Shown here in pieces: positions 18,407 through 29,348 of a DNA stretch of 59,210 bases. Location of the stretch: the IMG/VR virus record IMGVR_UViG_3300025889_000132, positions 1 to 59,210 of that record. One strand, written 5' to 3'. The notes beneath the pieces are model-generated. The model saw only the letters and a list, made by a program, of their open reading frames with translations. It did no database searches and was not told where the DNA came from. The stretch's first letter is position 1; each line of letters starts with the position of its first letter. The position numbers were made by a program, and so were the translations under genes. Origin of the DNA: a virus (lineage: Duplodnaviria; Caudoviricetes).

Positions 18407-20593
18407 GTGGCTAATAGGCGCGTAACAGAATTACCAGCTATTTTGTCATCAAATATTGATGACGACGATCTTTTGATGGTCGTTGATGTAGCGGAAGTAG
18501 ACCCTGGTCTAAAAAATAAGAAGCTTACTTTTGCAGCCACAAAACAATACTTTAATAGCTACTACCTTCAAATTACCGGTGGAACCATTGCTGGTTCCTT
18601 AATTATTACCAACGACTTAACAGTCAGCGGTACTTTTAACCCTGAAAACATTGAGGTCAGTGGTACAGGTACATTTGCACATCTGGTTGTTACCGGTGAT
18701 GCAAAAGTACAGGGCACTTTAAGCGGTGCAACGATTACCGGTGACATTATTCAAGGGGCAAACATCAATGCCTCTACCGGTAATATCACAAACTTACTTT
18801 CCGATTTAGCAACAATCGGAACAGGTAATTTTATTCGTCTTAGCGGACAAACAATTACAGGCAACACTGTTTCTTTTGGAACAGGAACTATATTTAGCCT
18901 GACGGGAACTAACGCAAACATATCTAATATTTCTGGTACCAACATCACAGGTACCAACATTGTTGGCACAACACTTGTTTCTGGTGCAACCGTAACGGGT
19001 GACTCCGTTAAGGGAACAACGATTACCGGTATCTCCGGTACGTTTACTTCCCGTGTTTCTGGTGCATCGATTACTGGTGACACCTTAAACGCAACAATTG
19101 TTACCGGTGTATCAGGAACATTTACTTCTTATTTATCCGGCGCAACAATTACTGGCGACAGTGTTTCTGTCGAACTGATTACTGGCGTTAGTGGTGACTT
19201 CACTTATTTATCTGGTGGCACCATTACGGGTGTTACTGGTCTATTCGATCAGATCACAACAGATACATTAGTTGCAACAACACAAGTATCCGGCGCTGTT
19301 ATTACCGGAGACTTTGCTCGGTTCTCTAACGTCACAGGCATCAGCGGTGTTTTTACCGATGTTGTTTCAGGTGCAATCGTTACTGGCGTTACTGCACGTT
19401 TCACTAATGTCACCGGAGTTTCTGGAACATTTACACATGTTTCAGGAACGACAGTTACAGGAACAACTGGACTGTTCTCTACACTTACTGCACTAACTGG
19501 TACATTCACCGACACAATTAATATTCCGACAATTGCCACCACAGGTGACATTGTTGCTGGTGGGAACTTAATTGTCAGTGGAAGTGGCACCATCTCTTCT
19601 GGCTTTACGGTTAGCGGAACAATTTCTGGTGGCACTGTAACCGGTATCACCGGTATCTTTGGTGATTTAACAGGAAACCAAATTTATGGCCTGACCTTTG
19701 TTTCTGGTTTTACTGTTACAGGTGCCAGCGGTAACTTCACAAGGGTCAATGCGCAGACTGGAGTCTTTAGCAACTATCTAAGTGGCTCCTCAATTACAGG
19801 AAATACATTCAGCGGTACATCTGGAACATTTACAAGCGGTATTTTCACAGGTGTTTCCGGAGGAACAATTACAGGTGTCACCGGATTATTTGCAAACCTG
19901 ACTGGCGTATCTGGAACATTTACTACTCGTGTTTCTGGTTTAACAGTTACAGGTCAAACTGGCCTGTTTGCAAATCTCACTGGCGTATCCGGAACATTTA
20001 CCGATCAGGTTTCCGGTGCTTACATTACAGGAACATTAATTGAAGCTGTAACAGTTACTGCTGTAACTGGTAACTTCACCGTTGCAAACTTTACAGAAAC
20101 AACAACAGGTTCTGTTCTTGCTAGTGGCTCTGGTTTCTTTGGTAACACCGTTCAAGGTGCCATTCTTAAGACACCTTATTCTTTAACAGGAACAACAACG
20201 TATCTGATTCAAAGCGGAACAAACGGTTTCTCAATCGGCAGCACAGTACTTGAAACTGGAGCTACCGTCTCAATCGCTAGTGGTTCGGATTGGTACGTTT
20301 ACGAAGAATCAAGCGGTTACAAACTTATTGTTGAAGTTACTGGTGATATCACTGGTGTTCCAGGAGCAATGCACGTTCTCTTCTCTGGTGCAACAATTAC
20401 TCTTCCCGGAAGCCCTGCAACAGGTGAGTGGCTGAGTTTTGTTAACCGGAGCAATACGATTACCAGTGTTGTCAATCGAAATGGAAACAATATTGTTGGC
20501 AGTGGTTCAAACTTGACAATTGACGATCTGAATGGCAAGTTTGAGATGACTTATATTAATAGTACTGAAGGTTGGACAATTAACCTGGCATAA
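18407..20593 (+). CDS. Tail/capsid fibre protein with T/S/G-rich repeats
   Basis: 'MANRRVTELP' anchor-type N-terminus; ~26-aa repeats; C-terminal 'LP.SP.TG...RNG.NI...EGW' domain. Confidence 0.8.
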   Translation: MANRRVTELPAILSSNIDDDDLLMVVDVAEVDPGLKNKKLTFAATKQYFNSYYLQITGGTIAGSLIITNDLTVSGTFNPENIEVSGTGTFAHLVVTGDAKVQGTLSGATITGDIIQGANINASTGNITNLLSDLATIGTGNFIRLSGQTITGNTVSFGTGTIFSLTGTNANISNISGTNITGTNIVGTTLVSGATVTGDSVKGTTITGISGTFTSRVSGASITGDTLNATIVTGVSGTFTSYLSGATITGDSVSVELITGVSGDFTYLSGGTITGVTGLFDQITTDTLVATTQVSGAVITGDFARFSNVTGISGVFTDVVSGAIVTGVTARFTNVTGVSGTFTHVSGTTVTGTTGLFSTLTALTGTFTDTINIPTIATTGDIVAGGNLIVSGSGTISSGFTVSGTISGGTVTGITGIFGDLTGNQIYGLTFVSGFTVTGASGNFTRVNAQTGVFSNYLSGSSITGNTFSGTSGTFTSGIFTGVSGGTITGVTGLFANLTGVSGTFTTRVSGLTVTGQTGLFANLTGVSGTFTDQVSGAYITGTLIEAVTVTAVTGNFTVANFTETTTGSVLASGSGFFGNTVQGAILKTPYSLTGTTTYLIQSGTNGFSIGSTVLETGATVSIASGSDWYVYEESSGYKLIVEVTGDITGVPGAMHVLFSGATITLPGSPATGEWLSFVNRSNTITSVVNRNGNNIVGSGSNLTIDDLNGKFEMTYINSTEGWTINLA
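19889..20001 (+). repeat. 78-nt-period coding repeat (FANLTGVSGTFT x2)
   Basis: Near-identical 35-nt units at 19889 and 19967. Confidence 0.8.
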
Positions 20594-20598
20594 ATAGA

Positions 20599-21468
20599 AT
20601 GACAAATCTAAGTGATCTAACTCCTGGTGGAGGCGGTGGCGCCGCTCTTAATTACCAAGAGTTTACTTCAAATGGAACTTGGACCAAGCCAGATAATGTA
20701 ACCTGGGTTGAAGTTGAAGTTGTAGGTGGCGGTGGCGGTGGCGCTAGTGGAAGAAAAGGTGCTTCCAATACTAGAACCAATGGTGGATCAGGTGGTTGGG
20801 GAAGTCCTATAACTAAGAAAATTTTTGCTGCTAGTTCTCTAGGATCAACAGAGTCAATTACTATTGCCGCTGGCGGAACCGGTGGAGCTTCTGTTACAGC
20901 GGATAGTACAAACGGTAATGATGGTGCAGATGGTGGCACATCATCATTTGGATCTCATCTTACTAGTGGTTTTGGAACAAGAGGCAAAGGTGGTGACGAT
21001 GTATCAACTGGGACTTATGCTTACGACAACACAACCCCATTTGCTCTTTTAGACTCTGCTTATAATAACCATAGATATATAGGACCAGGTGGATCCCGCA
21101 CCACTAATTATCAACAAATTTACGCTTCTGCTGGTGGTTATGAAGGCTGGTGTGGCGCCGGGGGCGGTGGCGGTGCTGCATTTAACACTACTAGTTATCT
21201 AGCAACTCCTGGAGGTTGGAATCCTTCTGATGCTCCAGGTACCAATAACGCTGGGTCGACCGATGGCGAATCAGGTGGAAGTATTTCTGCCGGTGGACTT
21301 AGTGGTGGTGGTGGTGGCGCTCCAAATCAAACTGGAGATGCTGGTGACGGTGGCAATGCAGCGATAGGTGGAGGTGGTGGCGGCGGTGGTGCGTCGTTTA
21401 ACGGTCAAGGCGATTCAGGTGCTGGTGGAAACGGCGGCGGTGGCCGCATCCGTGTTTGGGCCTGGTAA
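20599..21468 (+). CDS. Glycine-rich fibre-tip/adhesin protein
   Basis: 'FTSNGTWTKP....VEVVGGGGGG...GGNGGGGRIRVW' is a glycine-rich phage domain pattern. Confidence 0.8.
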   Translation: MTNLSDLTPGGGGGAALNYQEFTSNGTWTKPDNVTWVEVEVVGGGGGGASGRKGASNTRTNGGSGGWGSPITKKIFAASSLGSTESITIAAGGTGGASVTADSTNGNDGADGGTSSFGSHLTSGFGTRGKGGDDVSTGTYAYDNTTPFALLDSAYNNHRYIGPGGSRTTNYQQIYASAGGYEGWCGAGGGGGAAFNTTSYLATPGGWNPSDAPGTNNAGSTDGESGGSISAGGLSGGGGGAPNQTGDAGDGGNAAIGGGGGGGGASFNGQGDSGAGGNGGGGRIRVWAW

Positions 21469-21484
21469 CTAAAGGAGGTAACCC

Positions 21485-21730
21485 ATGATTTACGCAGTTT
21501 TGAATTCAGAAGGTAAGTGCATCAACCGTGTCGTTTGGAATGGCGATACTTCAATTTGGTCTCCACCAGAAGGTTGCACTGCTGTTTGCGATGACGATTG
21601 TTGTCATCCAATTGAGAATGAACATCCTCCCGTGGTTGAATCAAACCCAGAGGAAGAAGTTCAAGATTTTTTAAACGCATTAACTCCTGAACAGAAAGAA
21701 GCTTTGATTTCTCTTTTGAGCCAGCAATAA
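21485..21730 (+). CDS. Small fibre-associated protein/chaperone
   Basis: AGGAGG RBS; 'YAV.....CINRVVW.G...W.PP'. Confidence 0.7.
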   Translation: MIYAVLNSEGKCINRVVWNGDTSIWSPPEGCTAVCDDDCCHPIENEHPPVVESNPEEEVQDFLNALTPEQKEALISLLSQQ

Positions 21731-21770
21731 TTGGTCAAAATAGAATAGAACTACTAATTACAGATAAATA

Positions 21771-22847
21771 ATGGCATACGGTCGAGCCAGAATAAAACAA
21801 CTCATTTGGAATTCAGGGGGCGGTGATACTGTCTTCGACTACAACAGTGGGATTCGAAATGGCGACAATTACAGCGGTGGTGTCCTTCAGGCTCAATCGA
21901 TTACAGGAATAACTGGAACCTTTACGGTTTCGGTGTCCGGTGCAGAAATTCAGGCTGATAATTTAAATACAACTACCTTAAGCGGCGTTTCTGGGATATT
22001 CACAGCACTTGCCTCTGGAGCAACAATCACCGGTACAAGTGTTGAAGCAACTAACATTACAGGTACAACAATTAGTGGTGTTGATCTTTCAGGTCAAACA
22101 ACAACAATTGGCACAGTTGTTTCAGTAACCAGCATCACTGGTACAACATTCGAAGCAACAACAGCAGACTTCGGGACGGTTACTGCTGAAACAGGTACTT
22201 TCACCACAACTCTTTCTGGTGCCTCCATTACCGGTACCTCGGTTCGAGCAACAGCAATTACAGGTACTTCCATCAGCGGTACCACTGTTTCTGGCCCAAC
22301 TGCGAACATCACGGTTGCTCGAGTAACAGGAACCTTAACTGCTCCTACGTTTGAAGGAACAGAAGGTGACATCACAACAATTACAACTGAAACAGGAATC
22401 TTCTCTGATCTCGTTTCGGGAGCATCCTTTAAAGCAGACAGCAATACAACTGTTATTACTGATGCTGGTAATGTTCAGCCTTTTGGTCTGTTCAGTTTCC
22501 CAGGCAACCTTGGAACTTCTGGCGCAACCTTAATTAGTAAAGGCAACGGAACAACACAATGGAACGCTGGTTCCGCTAACTACAGCGTTGAAGTTGTTAC
22601 CGGTGCGATTACAGGTGTTGCTGGAACAATGTACGTAATGACGACAGGAACAACAATTACATTGCCTGTCACACCAGCAACCGGTGACTTTTTAATTATT
22701 AGGAATCAAAGTGATTCAACAACTGGCGTTATTGATCGAAACGGTAGCAACATTATGGGTCTTGCTGAAAATGTTGTTATTAATGACTTGAACTTTAAAA
22801 CTGAATTTATTTTCTATGGTGGCACAGAAGGTTGGGTGTTACTGTAA
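21771..22847 (+). CDS. Fibre protein, paralogue A
   Basis: MAYG N-terminus, T/S/G repeats and the shared C-terminal ...EGW domain. Confidence 0.8.
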   Translation: MAYGRARIKQLIWNSGGGDTVFDYNSGIRNGDNYSGGVLQAQSITGITGTFTVSVSGAEIQADNLNTTTLSGVSGIFTALASGATITGTSVEATNITGTTISGVDLSGQTTTIGTVVSVTSITGTTFEATTADFGTVTAETGTFTTTLSGASITGTSVRATAITGTSISGTTVSGPTANITVARVTGTLTAPTFEGTEGDITTITTETGIFSDLVSGASFKADSNTTVITDAGNVQPFGLFSFPGNLGTSGATLISKGNGTTQWNAGSANYSVEVVTGAITGVAGTMYVMTTGTTITLPVTPATGDFLIIRNQSDSTTGVIDRNGSNIMGLAENVVINDLNFKTEFIFYGGTEGWVLL

Positions 22848-22897
22848 ATCTTGCAATGTAGAATGGTTAATAATGGAAAAATTAGTGGTCTGCGTAA

Positions 22898-23992
22898 ATG
22901 GCATACGGCAGTCTTAAAGCTAATACAATTATTTTCAATTCAGGTGGTACTGATTACACCCTTGACGTTACCACTTTAGTTTCGAACGGAAGTAATTTTA
23001 GCGGCGGCGTCATCCAGGCGAATTCAATCACTGGATTAACAGGAGTTTTTACAACACTGCTCTCAGGAGCACTGATTACTGGTACAACAAGTAATATCAC
23101 AACCTTTAGTGGTGCAACTGGCATCTTCACTTCGTTCTTGTCAGGGGCATCGATTACAGGCACAAGTATTAACGCCACCTCAATTACAGGTCAAACCGTA
23201 AGTGGTGTCACTGTACTTGCTGAAACAGGAACAATTGGCAACTTAACGTCAACCGGAAGTATTTCCGGTGGAACGTTATCTGGAACAACAGCAACATTTA
23301 CAAGTGTTACTGGTGTTTCCGGCATTTACACAACTGAGATTTCTGGTGCAGCCATCACCGGAACAAGTGTTAATGCCACCAACATCACAGGTTCTACAGT
23401 TACAGCGACAACTTTAACTGCCACAACTGGTGATGTTGGTGATTTAACTGCTTCTACCTCTGTTTCAGGTGGAACCATTTCAGGTACAACAGCCACCTTT
23501 ACTTCTGTAACGGGTGCATCCGGTAACTTCACCTCTGTTATTTCCGGAACACTTTATAAGTGCAGCGGTAACGTCACCATTATTTCTGGGGCTGGCGATA
23601 TTAGACCTTACGGCCTGTATTCCTTCCCTCAAAGTGCAGGTACAAACAACTATGTGTTGTCAACAAATGGAGACGGCACAACAGCATGGGTCGAAGCAAC
23701 TGGCGGTGGGGGTGGCGGAAGCTCTTACACAGTCAGTGGTTTGACTACAAATGAAACTGGGGTTGCTGGTACTTACTATGTATTACTGAGCGGCCTTACT
23801 TTAACGCTTCCAACTACACCGTCTCAGGGCGATTACGTTGGTATAATTAATAGAAGCAATACAACCACAGGAACCGTTGCCCGAAATGGAAGCAACATCA
23901 TGGGATTAGCAGAAGACATGACGCTTAATGACCTGAATGCAAGATTTAGGTTGATTTATGTAAACGCTTCTGAAGGTTGGGTCACCCTCTAA
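22898..23992 (+). CDS. Fibre protein, paralogue B
   Basis: Collinear paralogue of 21771..22847. Confidence 0.8.
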   Translation: MAYGSLKANTIIFNSGGTDYTLDVTTLVSNGSNFSGGVIQANSITGLTGVFTTLLSGALITGTTSNITTFSGATGIFTSFLSGASITGTSINATSITGQTVSGVTVLAETGTIGNLTSTGSISGGTLSGTTATFTSVTGVSGIYTTEISGAAITGTSVNATNITGSTVTATTLTATTGDVGDLTASTSVSGGTISGTTATFTSVTGASGNFTSVISGTLYKCSGNVTIISGAGDIRPYGLYSFPQSAGTNNYVLSTNGDGTTAWVEATGGGGGGSSYTVSGLTTNETGVAGTYYVLLSGLTLTLPTTPSQGDYVGIINRSNTTTGTVARNGSNIMGLAEDMTLNDLNARFRLIYVNASEGWVTL

Positions 23993-24003
23993 GTTGAAAA
24001 AAA

Positions 24004-27000
24004 ATGTCTAACTACAGCAATTTTGTTGGTTACGTTCCCGATAAACTCCGCCTTGAGACGACTGGTGGAGCACTGGTTGAAGGTGAGCTAGGACTGCCTA
24101 ACGAATATATTGCTAGCTTGTCGATTGGTCCTGTCAGCACGGGTGCTTACGTTAGTAACCCTGGTATTGCACTTGACGCTGCTGCAACATTTACTATTGA
24201 GAGCGGTTCCAGCTACATTCAATTCAAAAACTTAACAGCAACTAAAAACGCCATTGTTGTTACAGGTGCATCAGAGGGTAGTGGCACCGATTTTGAAGCA
24301 GATTTTTCAAACCTGGAATACGTTGGTTATCAAATTACAGGTCGCAGTGATCGATTAAAAAAATTCTCCCTTGGCGCGTTAAAACGAATTGATAGTTTAG
24401 ACGGTAATTCACGAATTGCTCTTTATTATTCTGGTGGACACGATGTAACTGGTGAAGTTTATTCGCCTAATCTTGTCCAGGCTGCAGGATATTCTGGTGT
24501 TTTCTTGAACTATGGATCTGGTGGCCTTAAAGGGTTAGATAATACTTTTACCGGTTATGTTTCCGGTATGGTAATTATCAGCGGCCATGCCGATTACGGT
24601 AGTAGCAATAACGAATTGCTTCCCTATGAAGACTTCCTGCCTGTCCATCAAGTTGGTGGCGTTAAGTTTTTTGCCGGTTCTAACTGGGAAAATGTTGTTC
24701 TCGGGATGAACCACACTGGTGTTGGCCTTGGGAATGGCAATACTTCAGCAAATTCTGCAGCACAAGGAATAACATGGAATATTTACACTCACCAAAATAC
24801 AACCGGTGTTGTTATTCCTCGTCTGGCCAGTGAAGGCGTAAACGCATACGTCAGTACACCAACAACAAATACAGGTGATTTAACAATTACTTGTTCTGGA
24901 GCGCCTCTCACGAAACCGAGTGGTTTCTATAACCGCTTTGATTTTAATCAAAACACAGATGGTAAAAATTTAACGGTTATCAATAACTCTAACGAATATT
25001 TTTATATTCCATATATTGGCAACATCGGTGCAATCAATATAAAAAGCTCTGGCTCTCTAAATTTTAGTGGTCTTTGCTTGACAGGTGTTTCTCAACAATA
25101 TATAAATTCTGCTAATCGATGGAGTAAATTCCAGGCTACAGACGATATTGTTGTTAACTTAACAACAGGAACATTTTTAGCTGGTCGGAGCAATAGTGGT
25201 GCTAACGGTGGATGTGTTTTTTGGGCCATAAGTGAAAGTGGAAACGTAACATTTGAAGCACTAAATTTAGAACAAACAAACGTGGGCTGGGTGGCCCAGT
25301 TAAAAGGAAGCGGCACGACTGGTCTTATTAATTTACCGGAAGCAACTGGATTAATTCCTCCTGGTACTAACCCTAATGGTACCTCTGAAAATGGGGGTGC
25401 TCTGATGCAGCTTTATCCCGGGGGAGCCGATGCTGTAGATACAGTACAAACGATTAATATTCCTAAATTACAGCAATACAGTGGTACTCTTACTGCTTAC
25501 GGTTTATCCGGTAGCACAACTACAATTAGTGGTGCAGATTTAACCTCCTGGAGCGGTGACCATAACTTCTATACTTCTGGCGATCTGTATTACACCTTTA
25601 CCGGTGGTGGTGGCGATGGCTCTGGTGAAGTTATTGGTAACTTTAATAACTATACATATTTAAGTGGTAATACCCACAGCGGAAACCGAGGTACATTAAG
25701 GCGCTGCAATGCACTGACTTATTCGTTAAGTGGCGTTGATGGTACAGGTATTTTAGTTGCCAATGAACTGCGTGAAATTAACGGTAACATTAACCTTCGT
25801 ACACTGACTGGTTGCACACTGAATGTTACTGGTGCCGATGTTGATTACATCAGCGGTTATCTGTATACGTATACATCTGGCAACGTTAATTACTCCTTTA
25901 CAGGTGGCCCTGGTAATGGCAGTGGTTATATGACCAGCAACATTTACCAATACAGTTACGGTGATACCGCAACGATTACAGGTAATGTCGGCACCTTGGC
26001 TTCTGGTGCACAAGTTCGGCAGCATTGCTACAGCGGCTCTAATTATTTAGAAGCCACTGGAATGCATATGTGGAACGGTAGTCACCAATTCTACACAAAT
26101 GGTACAGAATCAACACTTACAGGTAAATTTGGTGATATCACGCATATTAGTGGTGGTATTAATGCTTATACAAGCGGCAAAATTGACTTAACCTTTACAG
26201 GTGGCCCTGGTACTGGTGGTGGTTACATGACCAGCCATTTGTATATCAGGAATTACACAACAGGCAATACCTTTACAGGTAACTTTGGCACCTTACGCTC
26301 TGGTGTTATTGTCTCCGGACGCATTTATTCGGGTGATTCTAATATTTCGATTTACGCCACTGGAATGAATCAGTGGGGCAATAGTCACAAGTTCTTCGCA
26401 GACGCTGCAACATCTGGCGATAGCAATACTAAATTTACTGTTGATTTTGGGGATATTGAGCATCTAAGCGGTGTTATTGACGCCTATACCTACACCACTG
26501 GCCATACCTTTAATTACAACCATGGTACAGCTAAATCTGGATACATAACTAATTACTGGAAACACGTAGATTACGCTCCAGCAGGTACTCAAATTACCTG
26601 GAATATGGGCTCCCTTAAAAATATAGGAAATAGCACATCCCGTACTGCTGGTTATATTTTCCCTTATCAAAATACTGACTTAAATGCTACTGGTAAGAGC
26701 CTTACTTTTAATGCCACAGGTCTTCAAGATGCAAATGGTATTACTGGTTATGTTAATTACGGTTCTACAGTCACACTTAACTTAAATACATTCCACGTTA
26801 GGAATCGGCTCCAAGCTCAGGCGTATGCTGGTGGCACTTATTTAGCTGATGGCAGTGGTAACCTTCCCGCAACAACTGGAGGCAGTATTGATTATATTCG
26901 GCATTACAGCTTATATACTGCTGGAAGTGGTCAACTTACAACAGTTAGCGGTACATACGGTGGGTATGTAACTGGTGTTGGCGTTTCCTGTTATGCATAC

Positions 27001-29346
27001 GATAATGCCGGCAGTGGATATACTTACATTGGTTTACCAAACCTGACCGGATATTCTCATAACGTAACTTATCTAGATGCTTATTCAAACCGTACTACTC
27101 AGCTTGGTTCAGGTCACGCTGAAGTTTATGCTCCGCAATGGACATGGAGCGGTAGTACCTATTTGCGAGCTTATGTTCAGAGTGAAAACACAAGTAAATA
27201 TGGTGGCACGGCTAAAATTACCCTTGGTGATGCTGTAAAAGTTGGCCAATACATAGCAATGTATGCCGAGGGTAATAACAGCCTTGCTCAAATTACATTA
27301 ACTGGTAATACTGCTTATGAAATAGGCACAAATAATACCACTTATTATCTCAACGTTCACACTCGTTATTGCGATGCTGCTACGCCATCAAAAGTTACGG
27401 GTTTACTTGGTAATTTACAAGTTGTTAGCGGTTATTATCAGCTTTATAATTATGTAGATGCTCCAAGTGGTCGTATTGTTGTTCAAACAACAGGGTTAAA
27501 ACGAGTTACTCACTATATTCAAGTAGCTGCAGATGCATCAGGTGCTTTTGTCTCTGGCAATTTAGGGAAACTTGAAAGCGTCGGATATGCTTCCCAAAGC
27601 TCTAACTTAGCAGTGTATGCACGAGCTACTGGTGCAACTAGTTATTTGATTGCCACTGGTGATCCCGGTTACGAAGCAACTGGTGAAATTAAACATGGAA
27701 TGATTAATGGCGCTGCAAATGGTGGCTACTGCGAAACACGCATTAATAACTTTAGAAGCTGTAATTACGTCAATAATTACGCAACAGGTACAGCTATTAT
27801 GGAGGCCACTGGTCTTCAGTCCATCACAGGTAATTCACTGTACCATATAACTCTTGGTTATTACCATGCAGATCATCCAACTTTAGTCAGTGGTAACTTC
27901 CCGAACTTACATGAAAACTCGGGTTATTTACAATTTGACCTGTTTGGTCAAGCCACTGGTTACCTTAATTACAATACTGCTCGAACCAGTGGTTTTATTG
28001 ATGATTATGTACTAATTCGAGGTAGGAACAGCGATCCAAATATCTCTGGTTATGTAAACCTTGGGGGTACAACAGATGTGCGCAATAATTACTTCCAGGT
28101 AATTACTTCAGGCGATTGGGTTATTGATGCAACTGGTATTACTAACGTAACAGGTTATACACAGCTTGCAGCTGGCGGTAAATCTGCAGGGTCTGGTATT
28201 ACTTCTGTTACTGGCAATTTCTCTAATACAAGATCTGGTTTTACTGTTGAGGCTTTTGGAACATCCGGCCACATTCAATTTACATCGAATTACACCGGAA
28301 TCTTTGAACCACAGATCTGGGCAACAGGTAGAACCAACACATCTATTGTTGAGCTAAATCTGGATAGCATGGATGCCATTGGTGCATCTGGTGTACGTCT
28401 GCGTAACTCTGGTACAACGTTCATTTCAATGACCGGAATGCGTTGCATCAGTGGTGGATACACCTTATATCAAGTTGGTGATACCTCTACCCGTGGTTAT
28501 GGTACACATGGTTTTGAAACAGTTACCGCATTAACTGGAGTTGCAACTGCAATCACTGGTTATAACAACCTTACAGGAACTGTTGTTATCTCAGGTAACA
28601 CCTTTACTGGAGAAGTGAACGCAACTGCGCTTAAGCAGATTGGTTACGAAAGTATCGCAATGAGTTACACCAGTGGTGCAATTATTGCCACTGGAATTAA
28701 GACAGCTAAATTCCCCGCATTGACTGGTTGGTACGGCCAAATCCGTATGGAGCTGCCTGCTATTACCGGTTTCGATATGAGCAGCCTGGTCTGGATGGGA
28801 GCGAGCGGTACCTCTGGAAGCACAGGTGCTGACAGTCAACGTCTGTACCGACCGTTGTACTTTGAGTTTGGTTCGAACCTTACAGGCGATCTTGATCTGG
28901 GAGCACTTCAGCACATTCACGTGTACAGCAACAACACGGACGGTGCTTCAGCAGTGACTACACCTGCCTTCCACATCATTGGCTCTGGTTTAACCAGCGT
29001 CAGCATGGCTGCAGTTATCACTGGTTCTACTCAAGGTCAATCTTCTGTTGTTCGTTCTGGTGTCATTGAGGGTTCAAACATCACAGGTTTAACCTTTGGC
29101 GCTTCGGGTACAACCAAGAAGATGGAGATGCACTTCATGGCAAGTGGTTGTGCACTTAACCAAGCAAGTGTTGACGCAACACTCCAGATGTTTGCTTCAC
29201 TCGATGGCACAAACAGCACAACCACATATAGTGGACTTACAATTACATTAAATGGATTGTGTGCTGCACCTTCTGCTGCTGGTAGTGGTTATCGAGATAC
29301 GTTAACCGGTGCCGGACGCGACTGTACCGTTCTCATCAACTCATAA
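24004..29346 (+). CDS. Giant receptor-binding/fibre protein (beta-solenoid-like repeats)
   Basis: 1780 aa, T/S/G/Y/N-rich; ~100-aa repeats '[TS]FTGG[PG]G.G.G' at ~25595, 25895 and 26192. Confidence 0.75.
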   Translation: MSNYSNFVGYVPDKLRLETTGGALVEGELGLPNEYIASLSIGPVSTGAYVSNPGIALDAAATFTIESGSSYIQFKNLTATKNAIVVTGASEGSGTDFEADFSNLEYVGYQITGRSDRLKKFSLGALKRIDSLDGNSRIALYYSGGHDVTGEVYSPNLVQAAGYSGVFLNYGSGGLKGLDNTFTGYVSGMVIISGHADYGSSNNELLPYEDFLPVHQVGGVKFFAGSNWENVVLGMNHTGVGLGNGNTSANSAAQGITWNIYTHQNTTGVVIPRLASEGVNAYVSTPTTNTGDLTITCSGAPLTKPSGFYNRFDFNQNTDGKNLTVINNSNEYFYIPYIGNIGAINIKSSGSLNFSGLCLTGVSQQYINSANRWSKFQATDDIVVNLTTGTFLAGRSNSGANGGCVFWAISESGNVTFEALNLEQTNVGWVAQLKGSGTTGLINLPEATGLIPPGTNPNGTSENGGALMQLYPGGADAVDTVQTINIPKLQQYSGTLTAYGLSGSTTTISGADLTSWSGDHNFYTSGDLYYTFTGGGGDGSGEVIGNFNNYTYLSGNTHSGNRGTLRRCNALTYSLSGVDGTGILVANELREINGNINLRTLTGCTLNVTGADVDYISGYLYTYTSGNVNYSFTGGPGNGSGYMTSNIYQYSYGDTATITGNVGTLASGAQVRQHCYSGSNYLEATGMHMWNGSHQFYTNGTESTLTGKFGDITHISGGINAYTSGKIDLTFTGGPGTGGGYMTSHLYIRNYTTGNTFTGNFGTLRSGVIVSGRIYSGDSNISIYATGMNQWGNSHKFFADAATSGDSNTKFTVDFGDIEHLSGVIDAYTYTTGHTFNYNHGTAKSGYITNYWKHVDYAPAGTQITWNMGSLKNIGNSTSRTAGYIFPYQNTDLNATGKSLTFNATGLQDANGITGYVNYGSTVTLNLNTFHVRNRLQAQAYAGGTYLADGSGNLPATTGGSIDYIRHYSLYTAGSGQLTTVSGTYGGYVTGVGVSCYAYDNAGSGYTYIGLPNLTGYSHNVTYLDAYSNRTTQLGSGHAEVYAPQWTWSGSTYLRAYVQSENTSKYGGTAKITLGDAVKVGQYIAMYAEGNNSLAQITLTGNTAYEIGTNNTTYYLNVHTRYCDAATPSKVTGLLGNLQVVSGYYQLYNYVDAPSGRIVVQTTGLKRVTHYIQVAADASGAFVSGNLGKLESVGYASQSSNLAVYARATGATSYLIATGDPGYEATGEIKHGMINGAANGGYCETRINNFRSCNYVNNYATGTAIMEATGLQSITGNSLYHITLGYYHADHPTLVSGNFPNLHENSGYLQFDLFGQATGYLNYNTARTSGFIDDYVLIRGRNSDPNISGYVNLGGTTDVRNNYFQVITSGDWVIDATGITNVTGYTQLAAGGKSAGSGITSVTGNFSNTRSGFTVEAFGTSGHIQFTSNYTGIFEPQIWATGRTNTSIVELNLDSMDAIGASGVRLRNSGTTFISMTGMRCISGGYTLYQVGDTSTRGYGTHGFETVTALTGVATAITGYNNLTGTVVISGNTFTGEVNATALKQIGYESIAMSYTSGAIIATGIKTAKFPALTGWYGQIRMELPAITGFDMSSLVWMGASGTSGSTGADSQRLYRPLYFEFGSNLTGDLDLGALQHIHVYSNNTDGASAVTTPAFHIIGSGLTSVSMAAVITGSTQGQSSVVRSGVIEGSNITGLTFGASGTTKKMEMHFMASGCALNQASVDATLQMFASLDGTNSTTTYSGLTITLNGLCAAPSAAGSGYRDTLTGAGRDCTVLINS

Positions 29347-29348
29347 TT

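Noticed and set aside
18751-23532. Val/Pro-rich antisense ORFs in the fibre genes
   Set aside because: They are the reverse-complement reading of Thr/Gly codon repeats.
20591-24004. Programmed frameshift or readthrough joining stalk and tip genes
   Set aside because: The tip genes have their own ATG after the stop, and no slippery heptamer precedes the stops. The A-run at ~23997 lies after the stop codon.
19889-26215. Fibre-gene DNA repeats as DGR template/variable repeats or a CRISPR array
   Set aside because: The repeats are in-frame coding units with mostly synonymous differences. No reverse transcriptase, adenine-specific pattern or spacer structure was seen.
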